Below, in pieces: positions 25,609 to 36,000 of a DNA stretch of 64,000 nucleotides. How positions within the stretch are numbered: the stretch's first letter is position 1; each line of letters opens with the position of its first letter. Source of the stretch: Macrostomum lignano. Lineage: Eukaryota. Location of the stretch: assembly GCA_002269645.1 (NCBI GenBank), contig NIVC01000149.1, positions 124,001-188,000 on the forward strand, in the 5' to 3' direction. The notes under the pieces were generated by a model, which was given only the letters and a program-made list of their open reading frames with translations, made no database searches and was not told the origin of the DNA. The position numbers and the translations under genes were made by a program.

Positions 25609-25659
25609 GTAGGCTTTTTATTATTGCTTTGGGCAGGGTTAGTAACGATAACCTTGATA

Positions 25660-26040
25660 TTCCATAGAAAATCGCCTTCTAATCTCTTTGAAAATCGCCC
25701 TTCAACCCGAAGGAAAATCGTTTTCTAATCTCGTAAAAACGGCTTCTAATCCCACGATAAATCAACTTCTTATCCCATAGAAAAGCAGCTTCTAATCCCA
25801 TAGAAAATCGCCTTCTAATCCCATGGAAAATCGCCTTCTAATCCCAAATCCCATAGAAAATTGCCTTCTAATCCCATAGAAAATCACCTTTTAATCCCAT
25901 ACAAAGGCAGCTTCTAATCCCATAGAAAAGCAGCTTCTATTCCCATCGAAAATCACCTTTTAATCCCATAGAAAAGCAGCTTCTAATCCCATAGAAAAGC
26001 AGCGTCTAATCCCAAATCCCATAAAAAATCAGCGTCTAAT
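25660..26040. repeat. Intronic degenerate ~23-bp minisatellite (ATCCCATAGAAAATCGCCTTCTA)
   Basis: Direct inspection. Confidence 0.9.
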
Positions 26041-26085
26041 CTAACGGAAAATCCTATTTATTGACTTTAACGCCATCAACAATAG

Positions 26086-26128
26086 CCCTTCATCGCTGTC
26101 GAAACTCGCTGGTTTGAACCAATTCGCA
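26086..26128 (+). CDS. Probable short coding exon of the lipoxygenase-family gene (boundaries uncertain)
   Basis: AATAG| acceptor and GCA|GTGCGT donor. Needed because exon 2 (phase 2) does not join the 26177 acceptor in frame. Confidence 0.4.
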
Positions 26129-26176
26129 GTGCGTTTTATTTTATTAAAAATCCGAATGTCTGACAATACAATGCAG

Positions 26177-26978
26177 TATTGAAGAATCTCGTCCCCGCCT
26201 TATCCAGGACGTACAGTATCACGGAGCCGCTGTCGGTGCAGCGCTGGTCTCCAATGGCGCAGGAGCACGACATTGTGTTCGGCGCTCAGCGCCTCCGCGG
26301 CTGCAACCCGTTCGCTGTCCGAGTGTGCAAAGCAATCCCGGACAACTTCGGCGTGGCCGTCGAATGGCTCAAGCCGCACCTGGAGGGCTGGACGCTGCAG
26401 CACATTCTCGACGCCAGGCGATTGTTCATTGTTGACTACGCCATCATGGAGGGCGTGGAGTGCAAGAACGGCAGGCAGTTCTGCTCCCCAATGGCCCTGT
26501 TTTTTTGGACTGAGCGGCTACAGCTGGTGCCGCTGGCCATTCAGCTCAACCAGACCGTCGGCCCGGCCTCGCCAGTCATCATGCCGACTGACAGCCCTCA
26601 CGCCTGGCTGCAGGCCAAGCTGTGGTTCAATCTGGCTGATTCCTGCTATCACCTGGTTGTGCACCGCCTAATGCACCATCTGATCCTTGAAGGCGTGTAC
26701 GTTGCCATGCGGAAGAACCTGGCCCAATCGCATCCTATCTATCAGGCTTTGGCGCCGCATTTTCAACACCTGCTAGCGGTGAACTCGCGGCTGAAGGACT
26801 GGTTCTTCAACGACAGCGGCTGGATTGGCCAGAATATGCAGCTGTCCCGCAAGGGCATCCGGCAGCTGCTGAAGAAGGCTTATAAAGGCTGGCGATTCGA
26901 TCAGCACGTTAATATTTATCGGGAGCTGGAGTCGCGCGGAGTGTACGATTCAAGTGTGCTGCCCGGATACCCCTATCG
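26177..26978 (+). CDS. Lipoxygenase-family gene, large catalytic-domain exon
   Basis: FGAQRLRGCNP, LFIVDY, PLAIQL, WLQAKLWFNLAD, HRLMHHL (HxxxxH), HPIYQALAPHF and YPYR are all lipoxygenase motifs. Donor CG|GTAAGG; 5' boundary is 26177 or 26185. Confidence 0.9.
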
Positions 26979-27104
26979 GTAAGGTTTCACTAAGCCTCAT
27001 AGAATAGCCTCATTGTTTCTCGACAAGAGGGGTTTTATATCTCTGACACAGCCTCTTTCACAACTCCCGAAACGTTAAGTTAGGGTTAAGGTTAAGCTTG
27101 AAGA

Positions 27105-28275
27105 TATGAAGTTTTGTAGATATGAAATGTTGGGGATATGAAGTGTCGGGGATATACAGTGGCGGAGATATGAAGTGTCGGAGATATGAAATGTCAGGGA
27201 TATGAAATGTCAGGGATATGAAATGTTGGGGATATACAGTGTCGGAGATATGAAATGTCAGGGATATGAAGTGTCGGGGATATACAGTGGCGGAGTTATG
27301 AAGTGTCGGAGATATGAAATGTCAGGGATATGAAATGTCAGGGATATGAAATGTCAGGGATATGAAGTGTCGGGGATATACAGTGGCGGAGATATGAAGT
27401 GTCGGAGATATGAAATGTCAGGGATATGAAATGTCAGGGATATGAAATGTCAGGGATATGAAGTGTCGGGGATATACAGTGGCGGAGATATGAAGTGTCG
27501 GAGATATGAAATGTCAGGGATATGAAATGTCAGGGATATGAAATGTCAGGGATATGAAATGTCAGGGATATGAAATGTCAGGGATATGAAGTGTCGGGGA
27601 TATACAGTGGCGGAGATATGAAGTGTCGGCGATATGAAATGTCAGGGATATGAAATGTCAGGGATATGAAGTGTCGGCGATATGAAATGTCAGGGATATG
27701 AAATGTCAGGGATATGAAATGTCAGGGATATGAAGTGTCGGGGATATACAGTGGCGGAGATATGAAGTGTCGGAGATATGAAATGTCAGGGATATGAAAT
27801 GTCAGGGATATGAAATGTCAGGGATATGAAATGTCAGGGATATGAAATGTCAGGGATATGAAGTGTCGGGGATATACAGTGGCGGAGTTATGAAGTGTCG
27901 GAGATATGAAATGTCAGGGATATGAAATGTCAGGGATATGAAATGTCAGGGATATGAAATGTCAGGGATATGAAGTGTCGGGGATATACAGTGGCGGAGT
28001 TATGAAGTGTCGGAGATATGAAATGTCAGGGATATGAAATGTCAGGGATATGAAGTGTCGGGGATATACAGTGGCGGAGATATGAAGTGTCGGAGATATG
28101 AAATGTCAGGGATATGAAATGTCAGGGATATGAAATGTCAGGGATATGAAGTGTCGGGGATATACAGTGGCGGAGTTATGAAGTGTCGGAGATATGAAAT
28201 GTCAGGGATATGAAATGTCAGGGATATGAAATGTTGGGGATATGAAGTGTCGGGGATATACAGTGGCGGAGATAT
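27105..28275. repeat. Intronic 16-bp minisatellite with ordered variants (GATATGAAATGTCAGG)
   Basis: Units GATATGAAATGTCAGG, GATATGAAGTGTCGGG, GATATACAGTGGCGGA and GATATGAAGTGTCGGA recur in a fixed order. Confidence 0.97.
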
Positions 28276-28449
28276 GAGGAGGCGAAGATTTGAAGTTTCG
28301 CAGTTGTGAAAGAGTCTGTTGAACTGATCTGTCGAAATATGACACCTCCCCCGACATTAGAGAAAATGTGTCGGTGAACACTCATTCCAGCAGCTGCAGA
28401 TATGCACCAATTTCATGAAACCCATCCCAATCCTTGCCCGAAACGCCAG

Positions 28450-28801
28450 CGAAGACGCCATGCTGCTCCACAAAGTGATCAATGGCTACAGCGACCGCCT
28501 GTCCCGTCACTACTACGCCAACCCTATGGAGGCGATGAAGCGCCGACTAATGGAAGACATCGAACTGCAGGCCTGGTGGGTTGAAATGACCAACCCGTTA
28601 GAGAAGGGCGGCCTCGGACTCAAAGGTCTGCCCGGCAAAAATGGCATTCAACACGTAGACGAGTTGGTGTCGCTGATAACCAACTTCCTGTTTATGATCT
28701 GCGTGCAGGGCTCCGCCGCCTGGAATCCCCAGTTTGACGAGTACGGATTCGCGCCTAATTATCCCCTGGCCCTGCACGGCTGCCTGCCGCAGGATCCTGC
28801 C
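28450..28801 (+). CDS. Lipoxygenase-family gene exon
   Basis: Acceptor GCCAG|C gives YPYR-EDAMLLHKVI (cf. YPYRDDxLLLW); LQAWWVEM, LITNFLFMICVQGSAAWNPQFDEYGFAPNYP; donor GCC|GTGAGT. Confidence 0.9.
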
Positions 28802-28844
28802 GTGAGTTTCGCCTTGTTGCCTGTATTTAGAGCTGAGGCGGCAC

Positions 28845-29190
28845 TGTTTGGGTGGGTGTTGGTTGGGGGAGTGTTGGGGGTGGGGTTGGTTGGGGGATTG
28901 TTGGAGTGGGTGTTGGTTGGGGATTGTTGGAGTGGGTGTTGGTTGGGGATTGTTGGGATGGGTGTTGGTTGGGGGATTGTTGGGGGTGGGTGTTGGTTGG
29001 GGAATTGTTGGAGTGGGTGTTGATTGGGGATTGTTGGGATGGGTGTTGGTTGGGGGATTGTTGGAGTGGGTGTTGATTGGGGATTGTTGGGGTGGGTGTT
29101 GGTTGGGGGATTGTTGGAGTGGGTGTTGGTGGGGGATTGTTGGGATGGGTGTTGGTTGGGGATTGTTGGGATGGGTGTTGGTTGGGCAGG
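28845..29190. repeat. GT-rich degenerate intronic repeat (GGGTGTTGGTTGGGGGATTGTT)
   Basis: Direct inspection; the overlapping W/G/V-rich ORFs are artefacts. Confidence 0.9.
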
Positions 29191-29316
29191 ATTGCTATGG
29201 TTGTTGTCAGGTTTAGTAAGATGGGTTGTGTGTCAGTTTAGAAACGTAATTATTCCGGATTATTAAATGTATTAAATTATTATTGCTTCACCTGGATTCA
29301 CCCAAAAACATCGCAG

Positions 29317-29480
29317 GAGGACCTGGCTCTAGACGAGAGCCTCCAGACGCTGCCCTGCAAGCGGGAGTTCCTAGACACGCTGCTGTCCTTTCGCCTGTGC
29401 CAGCGCCAGCGAGGCAGCCGGCTTGGCGAGTACGAGCTGCAGCTGAACCACGATCCAGCGGCCGTCAGGATGCTGCAAGA
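29317..29480 (+). CDS. Lipoxygenase-family gene penultimate exon
   Basis: TCGCAG|GAG; EDLALDESLQTLPCKREFLDTLLSF...LGEYELQLNHDPAAVRMLQ; donor GA|GTGAGT, phase 2. Confidence 0.85.
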
Positions 29481-29613
29481 GTGAGTTTTTATTCTGCTGT
29501 TGTGTTTCTCAGACTGATAAATTACTCACATCAATTTACGCACTACGAAATAAGGATTCATTTTTCACCCGGTTAAAAGCATTCGACAATTCAGTATGGT
29601 TTCATAGGTTTAT

Positions 29614-29791
29614 TGACTCGCCAGTGTTGCTGGTCCGCTCTGTGCACAATTCCATTATTGTGCAACAGCATAGCAGTCTGGGGTCAACGCGAGTCTACAG
29701 AACGCGTGAGATTGGCCTTCTCCACGAGTCACTGCCGCTGTGCCTCCTTGCACCTTTTGGCTTGACGACTCACTAACGGCTGATTACAGTC
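29614..29791 (+). ncRNA. Box H/ACA snoRNA, copy 1 of 13 (predicted guide for 18S U1191 and U1290, yeast numbering)
   Basis: Hairpin 1 base GACTCGC/GCGAGTC; H box ACAGAA 29697-29702; hairpin 2 base GATYGGCC/GGCTGATT; ACA 29786-29788 plus 3 nt. Guides GTGTT+GTCAA and CTCCAC+ACTAA, each pocket 14 nt from its box. Confidence 0.85.
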
Positions 29792-30114
29792 TCTGAAATC
29801 TTTTTAGTAATCAGTATGACAAAAACCAAATAATGCTGTAACCTGCTGTAAAACAAAGACTCTAGTTAATATTTAAACAGTTCTTGACTCGCCTACAACT
29901 TAATAGGCCTTAATGCGTTCTTGGTTGGTGGTCTAATAATTATGCGAAAGTCACTTAAAATGGTTAAACTACGAGTAAGTTAAAATTAGGCTGCATAATG
30001 TCAGGTAAAGATATCCACGAACTTACAACGGGCAAAAGCACTCTTGTGATACAAGGCATGAAAAGTGCCTGAACAATACATTTTAGTGCTTTAGCAGACA
30101 GGCAGTTTGTTTGC

Positions 30115-30292
30115 TGACTCGCCAGTGTTGCCGGTCCGCTCTGTGCATAATTTCATTGATGTGCAACAGCATAGCAGTCTGGGGTCAACGCGAGTCTACA
30201 GAACGCGTGAGATCGGCCTTCTCCACGAGTCACTGCCGCTATGCCTCCTTGCACCTTTTGGCTTGACGACTCACTAATGGCTGATTACAGTC
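30115..30292 (+). ncRNA. Box H/ACA snoRNA, copy 2
   Basis: Same fold, boxes and guides; subtype CATAATTTCATTGATGTG. Confidence 0.85.
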
Positions 30293-30649
30293 TGATATTG
30301 TTTTAGCAATAATTTATGGCACGGACCAAACGAAGATTCGACTAGTCGTTAAACATTGACTCAAATTAATATGTAAGCGGTCCACGACTTGATTACCACC
30401 TTAAAATGATAAATAAGTTTGCAATTAGCTCATCTTTTGTCCAAATACATATCGTAAGCTTTGAATTCAAGCAAAACGTTTGATGTGACTTGTAGAGGCC
30501 TTTTTTGAACTTGACAAATCCGATTACAAATAAAGACACTCTCAAGATACTAAACAAGCCACATGTGTAGTGATCAAAGGCATGCAAAATGTACCTCAGC
30601 GAAACAGTGATGTAGCTATTGGACAGACGGGCTAGTCAATGATAGTCTC

Positions 30650-30827
30650 TGACTCGCCAGTGTTGCCGGTCCGCTCTGTGCACAAATCCATTATTGTGCA
30701 ACAGCATAGCAGTCTGGGGTCAACGCGAGTCTACAGAACGCGTGAGATCGGCCTTCTCCACGAGTCACTGCCGCTGTGCCTTCTTGCACCTTTTGGCTTG
30801 ACGACTCACTAACGGCTGATTACAGTC
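30650..30827 (+). ncRNA. Box H/ACA snoRNA, copy 3
   Basis: Same fold, boxes and guides; subtype CACAAATCCATTATTGTG. Confidence 0.85.
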
Positions 30828-31137
30828 AGATATCTTCTTAGTAATCAGTAAATCAAGGACCAAATAGGGTTTAACCAGTCGTGAAACAAAGACTCTAGTT
30901 GTGGGACGATGGAGCCAGTAAGTAGTATAGAAAAAAAGGCGAGCGAAGCGAGAATTTTTTTCTATGCTGCTTACTTTTGCGAAATCGTCCCTGATAAGAT
31001 GTGCAACAGATGTGACACACTAAAAATGACGTTTTTCAACTTTTAAACGCTGCCAATAAAAAACGGTACGACCGATTTGCAAAAAGTTTTTGCCAAAATG
31101 TGTCAAAGACTTAGGGCTACCAGAGCCGCAGTGTTTG

Positions 31138-31173
31138 GTTGCCATGGCAATGCGTTTTGGTTGCCATGGCAAC
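31138..31173. promoter_or_regulatory. Pair of RFX X-box palindromes (GTTGCCATGGCAAT, GTTGCCATGGCAAC); also at 38477-38512 and 44274-44309
   Basis: The second site is an exact match to the symmetric RFX consensus; function not shown. Confidence 0.45.
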
Positions 31174-33044
31174 CAAAAACTGCGTTTTTTCGACATTGTC
31201 AAAAAATTTGATCTCAATTACAGCGGCAGGAAATTATGGCAGCGCTTAGTGAGTGTGCTCAAAAGACGCGGGCATTAAAACGCTACAATGATCCGAAATG
31301 GATTTTTTGATTGTACTTTTACTTCACAGGTAAAAGTACAAAAAACGTGTTTTTTGAGGTCGAAAATTTGGCATTTTTTTCAACTTTGCCTCACCGCAGC
31401 GAAAAGGACGCGCGATAGCGCGGCCTTTGAGCTGCCTCATAGCGTCAATAACACCTGGGGCTGTTTGATGCGCTATAGTTTTTAGGGCTAAAATGTACTT
31501 TTCACATGGCTGCCTATCTGCTGTTTAAAAGTACAAATTTTTAGTGCACTTTTGTGAGGCCTATGGCGTCGAGATGGAAAACTTTATTTTTGCTGTTTTG
31601 CATACCAAATAACTCAAATAGATGTCTTTTAATCGGAAACATCGAGATTTGGCCGATTGGGCCATCAATAACCTGCCCAGGTGCCAAAGAGTGCCTAAAA
31701 ACGACATTTTCGAAAAATTGGGTCACGTTTTTAAAAAGTAGTCCCAAAAAATAAGAAAGTGTTTTATGCTACGGTGTTGAGACTTTAACACAACGTGTCA
31801 AACATATGGAAATTTGTTTTCCTGAATTTTCTAAGCATTTGGACCTACCTGTGCGGAGCAGTGACCCGGAAACCGGGGAAAAAAGAGGCCGGGGGCTCTG
31901 CAGAAAATCAGACGTTGTTAAGAAAAAATTTTTAAAATGGGGCGAATTTTTTCGAGTGTAGTGTCAAATTGTAGCCCATCGGATGCCCTTTTGAATGACA
32001 TAAGACACTCCTGAAAAAACCCCTGTTAACAGGTACTTTTTACCTGTTAAGTGAAAAACGGCCCATTTGGGGGTACAAACTTTGGAGTGGAAAAATAAGA
32101 AATTTTGCGCACCGATTTTTCTGCATTTTCAATATTGTTTAGTCGAATAGCTAAAGTTTCACCGGTCATACGCCAATATGGCTGGAAAATTCGTATTTTT
32201 GAGAAAATTGGCTCCGAATTTTGAGTAGGCCATTTTCGGGCAAATTTTGAGCATACTTTTGCTAATAACTCTGCATTGGCGAGACCTAGAGACTTAAGTT
32301 TGGTGTCTAAAAACAGCACTATGGATGCATTATGCAGCTAAATCAGTTTTGAAAACTGATTCTTAGGTTAACAGGTCTTAATACCTGTTTGATTACCTGT
32401 CAGAACAGGTGAAAATTAATATTTTGGCGCCTAGCAGCCGAAAAATTTGTTGACATAATTTGAAAATGCATTGGATGAATGCGCCTTGATGTTATCTCTG
32501 TAACGACATGCGACTCGTATTTTTAGGTAGAAGCGTTGCGATGCAACGAGCAGAAATGTATGAAAAAGCAGCAAAAATGGTAGAAATGGCTGCTATTAGC
32601 GATATTCGATATAAAATACGTGTACTATAGGCCAACTTAGTAAGCAATTTGTGGCTCAGTGGCAGAGTTAGTTTCCATATAATTGAGTGCTGCAGGGTTC
32701 GATTCCCAAGAGATCCGAAAAATTTTTAGTTTAAAGTTCTTTTAGAGCAAACAGATTTTTAGTATTTTTATTTCTCTAACTATTATGTTTTTTATACAAT
32801 TAAATTACATTTATTTAAATTTATTTTTCTTTTTATACGTATTTAAAGAGTAACAGAGAATCTTTTAGTGCGGCACGTATGATTGTTAGTGCAAAAAGTA
32901 TATTACGATACATGTCGGCAAGCAAGTATTTGATGTCTGGTCGTTTGAAGGCTAGAATATAGTTGTAACATATATACTACAAAGACGTGTTTAGATGTGG
33001 GAAAAGTTCTCGAGGGGTGGTGGAGCGGTGGGGGAGCCAGCCCC

Positions 33045-36000
33045 CCTTTACCACTAGACTAACTAATGCCAGGGGCGTGGGGGCGGCCAGCCCCCCACTA
33101 TACCACTTAGACTAACTAATGCCAGGGGCGTGGGGGGCGGCCAGCCCCCACTATACCACTAGACTAACTAATGCCAGGGGCGTGGGGGCGGCCAGCCCCC
33201 ACTATACCACTAGACTAACTAATGCCAGGGGCGTGGGGGCGGCTAGCCCCCACTATACCACTATACCACTAGACTAACTAATGCCAGGGGCGTGGGGGGC
33301 GGCCAGCCCCCACTATACCACTAGACTAACTAATGCCAGGGGCGTGGGGGCGGCCAGCCCCCACTATACCACTTAGACTAACTAATGCCAGGGGCGTGGG
33401 GGCGGCCAGCCCCCCACTATACCACTAGACTAACTAATTCCAGGGGCGTGGGGGGCGGCCAGCCCCCACTATACTACTAGACTAACTAATGCCAGGGGCG
33501 TGGGGGCGGCGAGCCCCCACTATACCACTAGACTAATAAATGCCAGGGGCGTGGGGGCGGCCAGCCCCCACTATACCACTAGAATAACTAATGCCAGGGG
33601 CGTGGGGGCGGCGAGCCCCCTACTATACCACTAGACTAACTAATGCCAGGGGCGTGGGGGCGGCCAGCCCCCACTATACCACTATACCACTAGACTAACT
33701 AATGCCAGGGGCGTGGGGGGCGGCCAGCCCCCACTATACCACTAGACTAACTAATGCCAGGGGCGTGGGGGGCGGCCAGCCCCCTACTATACCACTAGAC
33801 TAACTAATGCCAGGGGCGTGGGGGGCGGCTAGCCCCCACTATACCACTATACCACTAGACTAACTAATGCCAGGGGCGTGGGGGGCGGCCAGCCCCCCAC
33901 TATACCACTTAGACTAACTAATGCCAGGGGCGTGGGGGCGGCCAGCCCCCACTATACCACTATACCACTAGACTAACTAATGCCAGGGGCGTGGGGGCGG
34001 CCAGCCCCCCACTATACCACTAGACTAACTAATGCCAGGGGCGTGGGGGCGGCCAGCCCCCTACTATACCACTAGACTAACTAATGCCAGGGGCGTGGGG
34101 GCGGCTAGCCCCCCACTATACCACTATACCACTAGACTAACTAATGCCAGGGCGTGGGGGCGGCCAGCCCCCACTATACCACTTAGACTAACTAATGCCA
34201 GGGGCGTGGGGGCGGCCAGCCCCCACTATACCACTAGACTAACTAATGCCAGGGGCGTGGGGGGCGGCCAGCCCCCCACTATACCACTAGACTAACTAAT
34301 GCCAGGGGCGTGGGGGGCGGCTAGCCCCCCACTATACCACTATACCACTAGACTAACTAATGCCAGGGGCGTGGGGGCGGCCAGCCCCCCACTATACCAC
34401 TTAGACTAACTAATGCCAGGGGCATGGGGGCGGCCAGCCCCCACTATACCACTAGACTAACTAATGCCAGGGGCGTGGGGGCGGCCAGCCCCCACTATAC
34501 CACTAGACTAACTAATGCCAGGGGCGTGGGGGCGGCTAGCCCCCCACTATACCACTATACCACTAGACTAACTAATGCCAGGGGCGTGGGGGCGGCCAGC
34601 CCCCACTATACCACTTAGACTAACTAATGCCAGGGGCGTGGGGGGCGGCCAGCCCCCCACTATACCACTATACCACTAGACTAACTAATGCCAGGGGCGT
34701 GGGGGGCGGCTAGCCCCCCACTATACCACTATACCACTAGACTAACTAATGCCATGGGCGTGGGGGGCGGCCAGCCCCCCACTATACCACTAGACTAACT
34801 AATGCCAGGGGCGTGGGGGGCGGCCAGTCCCCCACTATACCACTAGACTAACTAATGCCAGGGGCGTGGGGGGCGGCCAGTCCCCCACTATACCACTAGA
34901 CTAACTAATGCCAGGGGCGTGGGGGGCGGCCAGTCCCCCACTATACCACTAGACTAACTAATGCCAGGGGCGTGGGGGGCGGCCAGCCCCCACTATACCA
35001 CTAGACTAACTAATTCCAGGGGCGTGGGGGCGGCCAGCCCCCACTATACTACTAGACTAACTAATGCCAGGGGCGTGGGGGCGGCGAGCCCCCACTATAC
35101 CACTAGAATAACTAATGCTAGGGGCGTGGGGGGCGGCCAGCCCCCACTATACCACTAGAATAACTAATGCTAGGGGCGTGGGGCGGCGAGCCCCCTACTA
35201 TACCACTAGACTAACTAATGCCAGGGGCGTGGGGGGCGGCCAGCCCCCACTATACCACTATACCACTAGACTAACTAATGCCAGGGGCGTGGGGGCGGCC
35301 AGCCCCCCACTATACCACTAGACTAACTAATGCCAGGGGCGTGGGGGGCGGCCAGCCCCCTACTATACCACTAGACTAACTAATGCCAGGGGCGTGGGGG
35401 GCGGCTAGCCCCCACTATACCACTATACCACTAGACTAACTAATGCAGGGGCGTGGGGGCGGCCAGCCCCCCACTATACCACTTAGACTAACTAATGCCA
35501 GGGGCGTGGGGGGCGGCCAGCCCCCACTATACCACTATACCACTAGACTAACTAATGCCAGGGGCGTGGGGGGCGGCCAGCCCCCCACTATACCACTAGA
35601 CTAACTAATGCCAGGGGCGTGGGGGCGGCCAGCCCCCTACTATACCACTAGACTAACTAATGCCAGGGGCGTGGGGGCGGCTAGCCCCCACTATACCACT
35701 ATACCACTAGACTAACTAATGCCAGGGGCGTGGGGGGCGGCCAGCCCCCACTATACCACTTAGACTAACTAATGCCAGGGGCGTGCGGGGCGGCCAGCCC
35801 CCCACTATACCACTAGACTAACTAATGCCAGGGGCGTGGGGGCGGCCAGCCCCCCACTATACCACTAGACTAACTAATGCCAGGGGCGTGGGGGGCGGCT
35901 AGCCCCCACTATACCACTATACCACTAGACTAACTAATGCCAGGGGCGTGGGGGGCGGCCAGCCCCCCACTATACCACTTAGACTAACTAATGCCAGGGG

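Noticed and set aside
29706-29730. bantam-like miRNA seed (TGAGATCG) or pre-miRNA hairpin in the repeat
   Set aside because: The seed-like 8-mer is not in a pre-miRNA stem and is mutated in copy 1. Variation clusters at the hairpin-1 apex where a 3p seed would lie.
29745-29770. U2 snRNA-like CCTTTTGGCT
   Set aside because: Only a 10-nt match; no branch-point recognition sequence or Sm site.
31020-32319. Transposase or Rep/helicase coding capacity in the Helentron arm
   Set aside because: Only ORFs under 100 aa without HUH or helicase motifs; the element is non-autonomous.
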